Source of the DNA: an uncultured Verrucomicrobiae bacterium
Lineage (GTDB): Bacteria; Verrucomicrobiota; Verrucomicrobiia; Limisphaerales; UBA11358
Direction: 5' to 3'
Assembly: GCA_963789335.1 (NCBI GenBank)
Contig: CAWBKH010000001.1
Location: 307,304-371,303 of the forward strand
Length of the DNA: 64,000 bases
Shown: in pieces, positions 29,013 through 39,918 of the stretch
Position numbering within the stretch: position 1 is the first letter of the stretch
Layout of the letters: every line of letters begins with the position of its first letter
The notes under the pieces: model-generated
What the model was told of the DNA's origin: nothing
Seen by the model: only the letters and a program-made list of their open reading frames with translations
Database searches by the model: none
Program-made: the position numbers and the translations under genes

Positions 29013-31274
29013 ATGCAAAATATAGCCACAAAGAGATCTCGAGTTTCACAGATTATTCGAGTCTTGGAAGGCGTTTTTGTTTTTCTTTTACTGTTCCAAG
29101 CCCCCTCCCCTAGCGCGCAACAAGATAATGAAGCTTTGACGAACGCCTCGGAAATACTTTCGCTCCCCACCGAACAAGCGTCACAAGAGATAGCCATTCG
29201 CTTGATCGGAGTCGTGACCGCAGCGGAACCGGAGTGGAATGGGCAATTTTACGTTCAGGACAACTCGGGGGGTATTTTTGTGAACAACCTCGGGGGGAAG
29301 CAGCCAAGGCCGGGAGACCGCGTGGAGGTTTACGGCGCCAGCGCACCCGGTCCTTTTGCCCCTATCATATCCAAGCCGCACTGGTCTAAAATTGGAACGG
29401 CGCCGCTCCCGCCGGCAAAGCCGGTTACGGTGGAACAGTTGATGGCCGGAATTGAGGCGTGCCAGCGGGTGGAAATTTCTGGAATCGTACGGTCAGTACA
29501 GGCTCAAGGCACAAGATTGATTGTTAATCTGGCGTCAGGGGGATATCGCTTGCAGGTTCTCACAAAAATCCCGCCCGGCATTGACCCACAATCATTGGTG
29601 GCTGCCCGCGTCCGTGTAAGGGGTACGGCAGTCACGCGATACAATGCGTCGTTGAGGCAATTGATCACCGTGTCACTCTACGTTCCTTCGGTTGCGGATT
29701 TCATTGTCGAGAATTCCGAGTCAACGAATCCGTTCAAACAGCCAGTCATTCCACTGAACAGCATCGTCCAATACCATAGGGACAATTTTCCTGGCAAACG
29801 CGTCCACGTCAGAGGAACTGTTACTTACCAACAACCTGGCCAGGATTTGTTCCTTGAGGATGAAAGCGGCGGTCTCCGGGTGGAAACTGAACAACCGGAG
29901 ACGTTTGCTCCCGGCGACGTGGTGGAAGCTGTGGGATTCCCTGAAGTGGAAAACTTTCTGCCGGTATTGCAGGACGCATTTGTAAAGAAAACCGGAGAAC
30001 CCAACGCGGAACTGACCCCGCAAATCGCATCAATTAGAGGCATCGAAGCTGGTTTGCATCAAGCCGGATTCATCGGTCTTCGAGCCAAGGTGGTGGACCG
30101 CATCATCAGGCGGGTCCGCTTGCAAACCGCGGAACGGGCCCGACCGGAAACCGTTTTGGTGTTACAGAGCAGCAATGTCATCTTTACTGCCCAATTAGAT
30201 TCTCCCGGGCAGACGCCTGAACTGACAACCATACCGATCGGAAGCGTTATTGAAATCAACGGAATCTGTCTGACCAAAATTGACGATTATGGAAAAGTAG
30301 AATCTTTCCAGCTACTGATTCCCACGGCACAAAGCGTTCGCGTGGTGCAGAAACCAAGCTGGCTGACCCCGCGACATCTCTTGATTTGCGTGGGGGTGAT
30401 TGTTTTGATTCTGATCCTGATCTCCAGTTGGACCATTGTGATCTCGCGAAAAAACTCCGTCCTGAACGTTCTGGTCCGCGAAAAAGAAAAAGCGCAAACC
30501 GAATTGCAGCAAGCGCACGACCTGCTTGAAGAACGGGTCAAAGAGCGGACGGCCCAACTCAAGTTTGAGATGACTGCGCGCAAGGAGTCTGAGGTCCAAT
30601 TTAAAGCCGTCCTGGCCGAAAGGACACGCTTGGCGCGAGAGCTTCACGACACGCTGGAGCAAAGTCTGACCGGCATCGGATTGCAGTTGGACACCGCAGG
30701 GCGGTTGTCTGCGAGCCAACGGGAGGCTGCCGACCATCACATTGAACTGGCGCGCAACCTGATTACCCAAAGTCAGATGGAAGTCCGGCACTCCATCTGG
30801 GATTTGAGGTCGCGGGAGCTTGAACAATTCAGTTTGCCCGATGCGCTGTTGCGGAATGCCAGGCAAACGACCGAAGGCACGAACATACAGGTTGAAGTTG
30901 AAACCAAGGGAGATGTCAGAGCGTTGTCGGAGGTCGTGGAGGGAAATCTGCTTCGCATTGGACAGGAAGCCCTGACCAATGTTATCAAACATTCGGGTGC
31001 GAGTCTGGTGAAGATTGAACTCGAGTTTGGTCAGCAGGATGTGATTTTAAAAGTGACCGATAACGGCTGCGGCTTCGACACGGGGGACGGCGCCGGTTCC
31101 AAGGGAAATTGCTTTGGCCTGCTGGGCATGTCGGAACGGGTCAAGCGAATCAATGGCCGGTTTTTCCTGACGAGTTCGCCGGGAGGCGGGACGAGCGTGC
31201 GTGTGGAAGTTCCCGCCAGTTTACCGCCGGAAGCAGGACCGGCAACTTCCTTGGACACATCCGCGTTCATATGA
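29013..31274 (+). CDS. Sensor histidine kinase (HisKA_3/NarX type) with repeated OB-fold-like periplasmic units
   Basis: ERTRLARELHDTLEQ, EALTNVIKH, DNGCGF, GLLGMSER; repeated GVVT...FYVQDNSGGI...PGDRVEVYG / GTVT...LFLEDESGGL...PGDVVEAVG. Start uncertain (28809-29013). Confidence 0.88.
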   Translation: MQNIATKRSRVSQIIRVLEGVFVFLLLFQAPSPSAQQDNEALTNASEILSLPTEQASQEIAIRLIGVVTAAEPEWNGQFYVQDNSGGIFVNNLGGKQPRPGDRVEVYGASAPGPFAPIISKPHWSKIGTAPLPPAKPVTVEQLMAGIEACQRVEISGIVRSVQAQGTRLIVNLASGGYRLQVLTKIPPGIDPQSLVAARVRVRGTAVTRYNASLRQLITVSLYVPSVADFIVENSESTNPFKQPVIPLNSIVQYHRDNFPGKRVHVRGTVTYQQPGQDLFLEDESGGLRVETEQPETFAPGDVVEAVGFPEVENFLPVLQDAFVKKTGEPNAELTPQIASIRGIEAGLHQAGFIGLRAKVVDRIIRRVRLQTAERARPETVLVLQSSNVIFTAQLDSPGQTPELTTIPIGSVIEINGICLTKIDDYGKVESFQLLIPTAQSVRVVQKPSWLTPRHLLICVGVIVLILILISSWTIVISRKNSVLNVLVREKEKAQTELQQAHDLLEERVKERTAQLKFEMTARKESEVQFKAVLAERTRLARELHDTLEQSLTGIGLQLDTAGRLSASQREAADHHIELARNLITQSQMEVRHSIWDLRSRELEQFSLPDALLRNARQTTEGTNIQVEVETKGDVRALSEVVEGNLLRIGQEALTNVIKHSGASLVKIELEFGQQDVILKVTDNGCGFDTGDGAGSKGNCFGLLGMSERVKRINGRFFLTSSPGGGTSVRVEVPASLPPEAGPATSLDTSAFI

Positions 31275-31900
31275 AGAACGACAAAACGATTCGAATACTT
31301 GTTGCTGACGATCATTATATCGTCCGCATCGGACTGGTCGCGCTGGTCAACACCGAACCGGACATGGAAGTGGTGGCGGAAGCCGCTGATGGAGCGCAGG
31401 CGGTTGAATTTTTTGAAAAATTTCAGCCCGATATTGTATTAATGGATTCAAGAATGCCGATGAAGAATGGCGTGGAAGCTGTGATGGAAATCCGGGAAAA
31501 AAATCCCACCGCCCGGGTTTTGATGCTGACAGCTTACGATGGGGACCATGATATTACCCGGGCTTTGGCGGCGGGTGCTCAGGGATACGTTCTAAAAAAT
31601 TCCACCGGCGATAAATTAATCCCCGCCATTCGCACCGTTGCCGGGGGACAGCAATGGCTTCCCAGAGAAGTCGCCGGCCGATTGGCGAGCCGAAAATCCT
31701 TTGAGCAACTCACGCCGCGCGAACTGCAGGTGCTAAATGAAATGGCCAAGGGCTTGGCCAACAAGGAAATCGCGGACGTTTTAAATATCACCGAGTACAC
31801 CGCCAAGGATCATCTGAAAAGTATTCTGGCAAAACTCCGCGTGGCAGACCGGACCGAAGCGGTCACTGTGGCGATCCAACGGGGAATCATTCAGTTGTAA
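31271..31900 (+). CDS. NarL/LuxR family response regulator
   Basis: ILVADDH, IVLMD, LTPRELQVL...GLANKEIA; ATGA overlap with the kinase. Confidence 0.93.
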   Translation: MKNDKTIRILVADDHYIVRIGLVALVNTEPDMEVVAEAADGAQAVEFFEKFQPDIVLMDSRMPMKNGVEAVMEIREKNPTARVLMLTAYDGDHDITRALAAGAQGYVLKNSTGDKLIPAIRTVAGGQQWLPREVAGRLASRKSFEQLTPRELQVLNEMAKGLANKEIADVLNITEYTAKDHLKSILAKLRVADRTEAVTVAIQRGIIQL

Positions 31901-31958
31901 GTTATTGCTCTGCAACGTAATCAAGCATCTTCCAAACGCTTGCGCTAAATTGAGGCTT

Positions 31959-31976
31959 ATCCCTCGAAAGAGGGAT
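31959..31976. promoter_or_regulatory. Palindrome ATCCCTCGAAAGAGGGAT (operator or small hairpin)
   Basis: 7-bp inverted repeat just after the NarL-type gene and upstream of the PEP-CTERM gene; same 18-bp geometry as the sites at 3002 and 5250. Confidence 0.45.
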
Positions 31977-32279
31977 GACAGGACTTCCAGAAATCTGTAA
32001 AAAAGAGGAAGTATTCTCCATAAGCATCTTGGTAATGTGGCGTTGATGGAGAATTTAAACTTGAAGTATGAAGCGACTGACTGAAACCGGACAACCACCA
32101 CATCACACATATCATTCTGTCATTGTGGATCTTATGTCCCTGCGGAAACAACTCTCATGCTTTTTCTGCAGAGCGGTGTTGCACCACAATCAGCCCGGTT
32201 TCGACGGCAAGCCTGCCGATGTCCGTTTAAATGTGAATTTGATGAGGCCGAATCTCTTTAGCTTTTTTGCAGAAAGTTC

Positions 32280-32308
32280 TTGACAAAGTTAACAAAAAGT
32301 AATACAAC
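32280..32308 (+). promoter_or_regulatory. Sigma70-type promoter candidate
   Basis: TTGACA-N17-TACAAC, 34 bp before ATG 32343. Confidence 0.5.
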
Positions 32309-32342
32309 GACGACGTAATTCTAAATTCAACCGTAACGACCT

Positions 32343-33146
32343 ATGAAAAGAACCCTATTCATATTGGCGGGAGCAATCTTACTCTCGATGCAAGCAACGC
32401 AGGCGCAAAGTCCGATTTTTCGCGATATATTTGCTAACAATAGCGGTGCTAATGCCGATCTCAGCACTGTCTCATGGGGTGGAGCTTGGAGTCCTCTTGC
32501 CACAGACGCAGATGGTCTTGGTGGCGGTGCTTCAGCAGGCTATTTCGGCATCTCCTCTTCAACTGGTAACTCCATAGGACCTGTTGGCGTCAATACCACT
32601 CCGGCCGAGCCGGCTACTGGCCCTGGCTTTCTGTTCCTCAGCGGTGGTGCCGGTCATCCGGGAGCCGCCAACTGGATCGCCTTCACGAGTGCTTACACCA
32701 TTGACACCTCTGCCTATACGATTCAGGACATGTCCTTCTATTCCGGAAACAATTACACAGCCTCTTTGGAACACTTTGCCGTCCAGATTGACGGGAATTG
32801 GTATGCCACCGTGCAAACGTTCGGCAATGCTACCGCCGTGAGTAGTGCTGCGAATTTTGCCACACAAGCACAACTGGATACCTTCACTTGGACAACGGCC
32901 GCCAGTGCTTGGGAGTCGTTGACATACGTCCCCGGCACCAGTCTGGCGATTGGCAGCGTTTTGTCGTCGGCCCTTCCCAGTGACAACATCACCGCGTTCG
33001 GCCTGTATTCTGACGGAACAGGTGCCAGCTCGACCATACGTGTTGATACATTCGAAATTGACGCCACTACCGTTCCTGAGCCGGGCGTATTGGCGCTAGT
33101 CGGCATCGGGATGCTGATGGGGCTGCGCCGTTTTTGCAAAGCCTGA
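32343..33146 (+). CDS. PEP-CTERM sorting domain protein
   Basis: Signal peptide; C-terminal VPEPGVLALVGIGMLMGLRRFCKA. Confidence 0.92.
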   Translation: MKRTLFILAGAILLSMQATQAQSPIFRDIFANNSGANADLSTVSWGGAWSPLATDADGLGGGASAGYFGISSSTGNSIGPVGVNTTPAEPATGPGFLFLSGGAGHPGAANWIAFTSAYTIDTSAYTIQDMSFYSGNNYTASLEHFAVQIDGNWYATVQTFGNATAVSSAANFATQAQLDTFTWTTAASAWESLTYVPGTSLAIGSVLSSALPSDNITAFGLYSDGTGASSTIRVDTFEIDATTVPEPGVLALVGIGMLMGLRRFCKA

Positions 33147-33171
33147 TTTGTCGGAATCACGCGATTTTCCA

Positions 33172-33205
33172 AGGGCGAACCGCGATGTCGGTTCGCCCTG
33201 TTTAT
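33172..33205 (+). terminator. Probable intrinsic terminator
   Basis: AGGGCGAACCG-N6-CGGTTCGCCCT followed by GTTTATT. Confidence 0.65.
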
Positions 33206-33274
33206 TGGTTGAGGGTGATTCGAGGTTGTGACGAGCTGGAAAAGGCAGATTCAAAGTTCAGAACGATTCCAATT

Positions 33275-36200
33275 ATGAACCGAAACTTAACATCCGGTAG
33301 TGCTTCCGTTGCCAAGTCCATTCTGTTTATCCAGGGCTTGGTCTTGAGCGGCTGGCTCAACTTCGGTTTTCCAATAACCGGGGCAGCCCAAACTTATATC
33401 CCTCCAGCCAATAACCGCGTGGACGTTAATCTGGATCCAGGCTGGCGATTTATCCAGCAGGATGTCTCAGGCGCACAAGCGACCAATTTCGATGATTCGT
33501 CCTGGACTAGTCTGAACCTGCCTCACACATGGGACATTTCCCATGGTCAGGACGGACCCAGCACCAGTTACTACCGGGGCATTGGCTGGTATCGCACTCA
33601 CTACACGGTGGACAACAGCTATGCCGGACGCCATTTCTTTCTCAAGTTTGACGGGGCATTTCTCGTCACAGACGTGTACGTCAACGGAACCTATCTTGGC
33701 GAGCACCAGGGCGGATTTGCGGCATTTGTCTTTGACGTGACGCCATACCTCAACGTCGGCAGTGACAATGTCATTGCCGTCAAGGTCAACAACGCGGCCA
33801 ACGCCAATATCCCGCCCTTGGCAGCGGATTTTACCTTCTGGGGCGGCATCTATCGCGATGTGCATTTACTGGTGACGGATCCGGTGCAAATTTCACCGTT
33901 GGATTACGGTTCGCCCGGCGTTTATCTCACCACCACCAGTGTCAGCTCCAACTCCGCGAATCTTCAAGTTACCACGGTCGTGTCCAATTCCACAACCTCG
34001 CCACAGACGGTGACCGTTCGCGCCGTTGTCACCGACGCGGCAACAAATATAGTGACGACGCTGACCAATGTAGTGACGCTTCCGGCAGAATCGGTCTCAA
34101 ACGTCGTGGCCAGCACGGCCATCACTAATCCCCATTTGTGGAACGGCCTCGCGGATCCCTACCTGTACCAGACATTCGTTGAAGTCTGGAACGGCTCAAG
34201 TGCGCTGGACGTGGTCGCGCAACCGCTGGGCTTTCGCTATTTCAGCGTTGATCCCACCAATGGATTTTTCCTGAACGGCCAGCATTATGACTTGCATGGC
34301 GTTGACATGCACCAAGATTGGTACAACTGTGGCTGGGCGCTGACCAATGCGCAACGAGACACCAATTTTGCCTTCATCAAAGAAATCGGCGCCACGGCGG
34401 TGCGCCTCTCGCACTATGAACACAATGATTATACCTATCAACTAGCGGATCGGGATGGGATCGTTCTTTGGAGCGAAGTCCCGCTGATTGATTATATCAC
34501 TGCGTCCTCGGCGTTTTATAGCAACAGCGTGCAGCAATTGATTGAGATGATTAAACAGCGATACAACCACCCGTCGGTGGTTTGCTGGAGCGTTTTCAAT
34601 GAAATCACCTTGGATTCCGGCCCCAGTCCGGCCGCGCTCGTCAGTCAGCTCGCCCAGGTTGCCGCCCAGCAGGATCCCACTCGACCCTCCACCGCAGCCG
34701 CGAACAGCAGCGATAACGACCCCACCACCCTCTACACACAATTGATCGACTTCAACAAGTATTATGGATGGTACAACGGTGTTCTGTCCGACTTCGGGCC
34801 TTGGGCCGACAATTTCCACGCGACTTATCCGACGCGGAGTGTCGGAATCAGCGAATACGGGGCCGGCGCAAACCCATATCAGCACAGTGAAAATCCCGTC
34901 ACTGAACCCGCCAATGCGGGCCAGTTTCACCCCGAGGAGTACCAGAACCTCTATCATGAATCCCAGTGGCAGCAAATGAAGGTCCGCCCGTTCCTGTGGT
35001 CCAAATTCATCTGGAACCTGTTCGATTTCGCGTCGGACGGCCGCAACGAAGGCAGCAACCCGGGCATCAATGACAAGGGGTTGGTGACCTACGATCGCCA
35101 GCTCCGCAAGGACGCCTTTTACTGGTATAAAGCCAATTGGACAACCAATCCGATGGTTTACATCACCGGACACACGTTCACGAACCGGCTCACCAACGCC
35201 ATCACGGCCAAGGTTTATGCCAATTGCGATTCGGTTGAGCTTTTCCTGAACGGAGTTTCCCAGGGATCCACCACCAGCACGAATTGTATTTTCACCTGGC
35301 CGCTGATATTGCAGGCAGGTACCAATACGGTGCAGGCTGTCGGCACCAAGGGAACCAGCAATGTCACCGATTCCCTGGTCTGGAGCGCCCCAGTACTCCC
35401 CCCCTACGCCGCGATCACCAACCCGGCGACAACAACAGTCTTTCTTAGCGGCACGAGTGCGACTCTGCAATTGGGCGCCACCGCGACGGACAATCAACAG
35501 AACTCGCCGCCCGCCATGACGACCCTTTGGAGCCAGACTTCCGGGCCGGGCACGGTCACTTTTGGCAACAGCGGCGCGCTCACCACCACGGCAACCTTTA
35601 GCGCCAACGGGGTTTATGTGATTACCTTCCAAGCCATCAAAGGAACATTGGTGACCAGTATCCCGCTGACGGTGGTTGTCGGCAACGTGCCGTATGGCCC
35701 GACCCTCAAGTTGCGTTATCCATTTGATGATGCCGGTCCCGGCACGACCACGCCCAGCGATACCAGTCTTGGTTCTGAACTCAATGTCACGCTGCAGATG
35801 ATCAGCAGTGCCGGCGCGAGCACCGATCTCCACGGAGCGGCCGGGTCGGGGGTAGCCGGGCTGACCAACCCCAACCGGGCTTTGAATCTCTCGATGAACC
35901 CCAACCAGGGGAGTTCGGGAGGCGCCAGCGGGAATTTCGCCGCCGTCACCAATTCGGCCCTTGGTTTGGGAAGCGTCAACAGCTTCGTGGTGACGTGGTG
36001 GATGAAGCAGTTGTACTACCTGCCGGCGAACTATGGTCCGCGCATGTTTATTCTCGGGAGCAGCGCGAACGATGCGGACACCGGGACGGCCAACAGTATT
36101 TCAATGAAGTGGCAGACCGCTGCGCAATGGTATTTCTATGTCAACACCGTCCAGGCGACGGCGACTTTTGGCTCCAACCTGCCTACGAACAGTTGGATGT

Positions 36201-37147
36201 TTGTCGCCATGGCTTATGACGGGGCGAACGTGACCCTGTACGAAGGCAGCGATCAAAATTCCGCGACCCTGATCAGCACCACGGCGGCGGCGGGTCAGAC
36301 GGTGAATCTCGACAGCACCGCCGCTTTGTTTCTGGGCAACCGCCCGGACCGTGGTCGTTGCTTCGCCGGTTGGATAGATGATTTCCGCGTTTACACCGGC
36401 TGGGGCGACGCAGCTTTTGTCGAAAGCGTCCGGCAGGCGGCGGCGGGTCCCGCTGGATTAACGGCGCTGGCAGGCAACAACCAAGTTACCTTGACTTGGA
36501 ACGCCTTGCTGGGTGCGACCAGCTACAACGTCAAGCGTTCGACCGTCAGCGGGGGGCCTTACACCACGATTTCAACACCCGGAACGGTTACGGGAACATC
36601 CTATGTAGATACCACGGCGGTTGGTGGAACAACTTACTACTACACGGTTTCAGCGGCGACTTCAATAGGCGCGGCGAGTGAAACCGCTAACTCTGCAACG
36701 GAAGTGAGTGTTGTGGCCGGATGCACCCCGCCCGCCGCTCCGTCCGCGAGCTACAACAGTCCCATTTATGCAGGGATGACATTGATCCTCGCGGCCTCGA
36801 CCGTGGCCGGCGCAACCTACAGTTGGACAGGGCCGAATGGATTCACCTCGACAAATCAGAATCCTTCGATTGCGAATGTGACTGCGGCTGCCACGGGTGA
36901 TTACAATGTCACTGTAACCGTTGACGATTGCACTTCGGCGCCGGCAACGGTAACCGTGGCGGTCAATCCAGCAGCCAGCATGTCAGTCCAGGCATTAAGT
37001 GGCAGTTTGATTTTGGATTGGCCTTTCGGCACATTACAATCCGCCACGAATGTCACTGGACCATGGAACGATGCTCCGGGTGTAACGCCGCCATATACCA
37101 ATGCTCCCATCGAACCGCAAGAGTTTTTCCGGATTAGACTGCAGTAA
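33275..37147 (+). CDS. Secreted multimodular GH2 (probable beta-glucuronidase) with Ig/PKD, LamG, Fn3, Ig and FFRI-type C-terminal domain
   Basis: GH2 motifs GGIYRDV, RLSHY, WSVFNE, ISEYGAG; YYGWY and INDKG (NxKG glucuronidase signature); ends EFFRIRLQ. Confidence 0.85.
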   Translation: MNRNLTSGSASVAKSILFIQGLVLSGWLNFGFPITGAAQTYIPPANNRVDVNLDPGWRFIQQDVSGAQATNFDDSSWTSLNLPHTWDISHGQDGPSTSYYRGIGWYRTHYTVDNSYAGRHFFLKFDGAFLVTDVYVNGTYLGEHQGGFAAFVFDVTPYLNVGSDNVIAVKVNNAANANIPPLAADFTFWGGIYRDVHLLVTDPVQISPLDYGSPGVYLTTTSVSSNSANLQVTTVVSNSTTSPQTVTVRAVVTDAATNIVTTLTNVVTLPAESVSNVVASTAITNPHLWNGLADPYLYQTFVEVWNGSSALDVVAQPLGFRYFSVDPTNGFFLNGQHYDLHGVDMHQDWYNCGWALTNAQRDTNFAFIKEIGATAVRLSHYEHNDYTYQLADRDGIVLWSEVPLIDYITASSAFYSNSVQQLIEMIKQRYNHPSVVCWSVFNEITLDSGPSPAALVSQLAQVAAQQDPTRPSTAAANSSDNDPTTLYTQLIDFNKYYGWYNGVLSDFGPWADNFHATYPTRSVGISEYGAGANPYQHSENPVTEPANAGQFHPEEYQNLYHESQWQQMKVRPFLWSKFIWNLFDFASDGRNEGSNPGINDKGLVTYDRQLRKDAFYWYKANWTTNPMVYITGHTFTNRLTNAITAKVYANCDSVELFLNGVSQGSTTSTNCIFTWPLILQAGTNTVQAVGTKGTSNVTDSLVWSAPVLPPYAAITNPATTTVFLSGTSATLQLGATATDNQQNSPPAMTTLWSQTSGPGTVTFGNSGALTTTATFSANGVYVITFQAIKGTLVTSIPLTVVVGNVPYGPTLKLRYPFDDAGPGTTTPSDTSLGSELNVTLQMISSAGASTDLHGAAGSGVAGLTNPNRALNLSMNPNQGSSGGASGNFAAVTNSALGLGSVNSFVVTWWMKQLYYLPANYGPRMFILGSSANDADTGTANSISMKWQTAAQWYFYVNTVQATATFGSNLPTNSWMFVAMAYDGANVTLYEGSDQNSATLISTTAAAGQTVNLDSTAALFLGNRPDRGRCFAGWIDDFRVYTGWGDAAFVESVRQAAAGPAGLTALAGNNQVTLTWNALLGATSYNVKRSTVSGGPYTTISTPGTVTGTSYVDTTAVGGTTYYYTVSAATSIGAASETANSATEVSVVAGCTPPAAPSASYNSPIYAGMTLILAASTVAGATYSWTGPNGFTSTNQNPSIANVTAAATGDYNVTVTVDDCTSAPATVTVAVNPAASMSVQALSGSLILDWPFGTLQSATNVTGPWNDAPGVTPPYTNAPIEPQEFFRIRLQ

Positions 37148-37441
37148 GTTCAACAACAGCTTGGCTTGCCAATTGATAAAGTGATTTTTGATTCCAAACC
37201 CATCGGATAACGTGAATTATTCCCTAAAGCAATATCCGTTTCTACCGACGATTAGCGTTGGAGCCTGACTTGGCTTCAAAGTAATAAAGCATGTCCCCAA
37301 GGTTCATGTCCACGTTTCATCCGACAAGACGCGGAAACGTGGTTGTGCTATTTTTTGTAGTATTAAGCTCATTGCATCTGAAACGAGCCTTTATTTGTTG
37401 CGATTGGGCCATTTGGTTTTTAACAATTGATAGGCCAAAAA

Positions 37442-38248
37442 ATGATAATTTTAAGGATGCATTGTGGTTCTGTTCTAAAACCCCGGAAGGGTGACCGAAT
37501 CAAGGCCACGGATAAATGCGGTTTCACTTTGATCGAACTGTTGGTGGTTATCGCCATCATCGCCATTCTGGCGGCGATGCTGCTGCCGGCGCTGGCCAGC
37601 GCCAAAAAAAAGGCGCAGCAAATCGCGTGCATTTCCAACCTCAAGCAGATCGGCATCGCGCTGACCATGTATGTGGATGACAATAATGGATACTGGCCCA
37701 TCGTTTCCTCCGGGAGCGACACCACCGCAACCAATAATTGGACCAAGGAACTGGGACCGTATTTACCTCAGAAAGTTGGTAGCAACCCACTCACCGCCCC
37801 CGCCAACCAGGTTTTTATCTGTCCCAGCACCATGTATCCGAAAGTCGCACTGTCCGATGTGACCCGCAGTTACGCTGCCACGGCGGTGATGGACGGTTTC
37901 CAAGGCAGCGGCTTGACCGTGACCATTGCCAGAAAGGCGTCCGGTTTTGTCAATTCACCCACCAAAACCGTGATGGTCTGCGAAGCCAAGCAGGAATATC
38001 CCCTCGCTGCCCCGCCCGGAAATTATTACTCTTATTCCAGTGTCCCCTGGACGTTAAGCACCGGACAGGGCGCGCAACGGGATTTGTTGACGGGAAATCC
38101 CGCTCAAATGTCGGAGTTGGACTTTCGGCATGGTTCGCAAAATATAATGAACTTGCTCTATGGCGACATGCACGCGGGCTCCTTTGCCTATACTACCGCC
38201 GCCGCCGCCACCAATACCTTGACGCAGACCCTGTGGGAAAACCGCTAG
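37442..38248 (+). CDS. Prepilin-type N-terminal cleavage/methylation protein with H-X9-DG-like C-terminus
   Basis: [29 protein letters not shown]...CISNLKQIG; C-terminal [18 protein letters not shown] (variant motif). Start uncertain. Confidence 0.9.
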   Translation: MIILRMHCGSVLKPRKGDRIKATDKCGFTLIELLVVIAIIAILAAMLLPALASAKKKAQQIACISNLKQIGIALTMYVDDNNGYWPIVSSGSDTTATNNWTKELGPYLPQKVGSNPLTAPANQVFICPSTMYPKVALSDVTRSYAATAVMDGFQGSGLTVTIARKASGFVNSPTKTVMVCEAKQEYPLAAPPGNYYSYSSVPWTLSTGQGAQRDLLTGNPAQMSELDFRHGSQNIMNLLYGDMHAGSFAYTTAAAATNTLTQTLWENR

Positions 38249-38762
38249 TTGATTTTTATTTTCAAAAAAACTCGAACTTTAACGTCCAACAGCCCATCAA
38301 AATGAAAAAACTGATATGCACATTGTTGGCGGTGGCATCAGCCGGCTGCTTGGCTTCGGCTCAAACCTTGGCCGCTTACCAAGCGACGGTGGAGAGCCAG
38401 AATCCCAACTATTACTTTACTTTTGATGGCGGCAGTTTGATCAGTGGAGGCGCGCATGCGCCCGTTACGTTGGCGGCCGAAGCTAACGGCAGCGTCGTCA
38501 GCGGCAGCATCTACCCGCAAATCGCCCCAGACGTGTTTGGCGATCCGACAAATGCCGTTTATTTTTCGGCGACGGCTGATACTTTGGTGGACCCGAACGA
38601 ACCCACGGACTTGATTATCAACAGCGGCGGCGGTGGTGTGGCCAGCACCAATTCCACGGCGATGGGCTCCATCTCTCTCTTGTTCAAGAGCTTGGATCCA
38701 AGTGTTTATACAGCCCAAAAATACATTCTTTGTGGTGGTTATACGAGCACCAATCATAATAT

Positions 38763-39918
38763 GAGACCTCTGCAAAACTCATTTGAACAGGGCGGTTGAA
38801 TCGAAGTCAGAGAGACATGGAAACGATGAGCAATCCTCAATTGGGACTTTTGGACAGCCTCATGCCTGCGGTGCCGACCAACGATTTCTTGGAAGGGCTG
38901 GATCACGCGCTGGATTTCAAACCGATTGAAGCGGTGCTGCACCGGATGTATCCGGCCACCACCGGCCATCCGCCGCACCCGCCGCTGGTGCTCTTCAAAA
39001 TGAGCCTGCTCCAGCATTGCTACGGGCTGTCGGATCCGCAATGCGAGGAGTTGGTCGCCGACCGGATGAGTTGGCGGCGGTTTGTGGGGCTGGGTTTGCA
39101 GGACAGCGTGCCCGATGAAACCACGCTGGTGCGCTTTCGCCAGCGGCTCATCCGTTACGGTCTGCAGGAAAAACTGCTGGCGCTGGTCAACCATCAACTG
39201 GAACAAAAAGGGTTCATCCTGAAAACCTGCACCCTGGTGGACGCCACGCTGTTGCAGGCGGCGCGTCGCGCCCCGAGCCGGGCAGATAAAGGAGGCGGCG
39301 ATGACGACGCGGGCTTTACCGTCAAGGGCGGTCAACCCCACTACGGCTACAAAGCGCACGTGGCCGTTGACCGGGATCAGACGGTGATTCGTTGCGTCAC
39401 CTTGACGGACGCCAGCGTTCATGACAGTCAGGAATTTGAAACCGTGGTCAAAGGGGATGAGGAAATGGTCATGGCCGACAAAGCCTATTGGAGCGCTCAA
39501 CGCGCTCGTTGGTGTGAGCGCCGGAAAATCGGCAACGGCATTTTGCGCAAAGCGTTTCGGGGACAGCCCTTGGACCGGACGACGGTGCTGTTCAATGCGG
39601 TGATGAGCCGGGTGCGGTGTGGGATTGAGAAAATCTTTGGCTGGTGGAAGCGCAGCACGGGCTACGGGCGAGTGCGGTATGTGGGGCGCGATCCCAATCG
39701 GCTGGAGTTGGAGTTCAAGAGCATCTGTTGGAACTTGAAACGGCTGGTGAGTTTGACCGGAACATGAAGCAAAACATTCAGAACGCCCGCGCGGCGGACA
39801 AAAAAGTTCAAAACGGTGGCTCACATCGCCGACCGTGGCGTGCCGCCAAACCCATTTTTCGTTGAATAATGACTTTGACATCAAATCAGCAACTCAAACG
39901 ACCTTTTGCAGAGGTCTC
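38763..39918 (+). mobile_element. IS5-family insertion sequence, 1156 bp
   Basis: Perfect 15-bp terminal IRs GAGACCTCTGCAAAA (38763-38777) and TTTTGCAGAGGTCTC (39904-39918); 5-bp target duplication AATAT (38758-38762, 39919-39923). Confidence 0.95.
38817..39767 (+). CDS. IS5 family DDE transposase
   Basis: LLQHCYGLSD, VPDETTLVRFR, LVDATL, YGYKAHVAVD, MADKAY, RCGIEKIFG. Confidence 0.93.
   Translation: METMSNPQLGLLDSLMPAVPTNDFLEGLDHALDFKPIEAVLHRMYPATTGHPPHPPLVLFKMSLLQHCYGLSDPQCEELVADRMSWRRFVGLGLQDSVPDETTLVRFRQRLIRYGLQEKLLALVNHQLEQKGFILKTCTLVDATLLQAARRAPSRADKGGGDDDAGFTVKGGQPHYGYKAHVAVDRDQTVIRCVTLTDASVHDSQEFETVVKGDEEMVMADKAYWSAQRARWCERRKIGNGILRKAFRGQPLDRTTVLFNAVMSRVRCGIEKIFGWWKRSTGYGRVRYVGRDPNRLELEFKSICWNLKRLVSLTGT

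Noticed and set aside
33134-33274. Upstream in-frame start for GH2 (also nagB 5278, RR 31109, HK 28809)
   Set aside because: The extensions overlap a terminator, an operator or neighbouring genes, or displace the signal peptide; downstream ATGs fit better.
34442-35833. Long antisense ORFs (463 aa here; also 13081-14244, 45166-46308, 48633-49769, 38754-39884)
   Set aside because: They lie opposite well-supported genes and have no motifs; expected shadow ORFs in GC-rich DNA.
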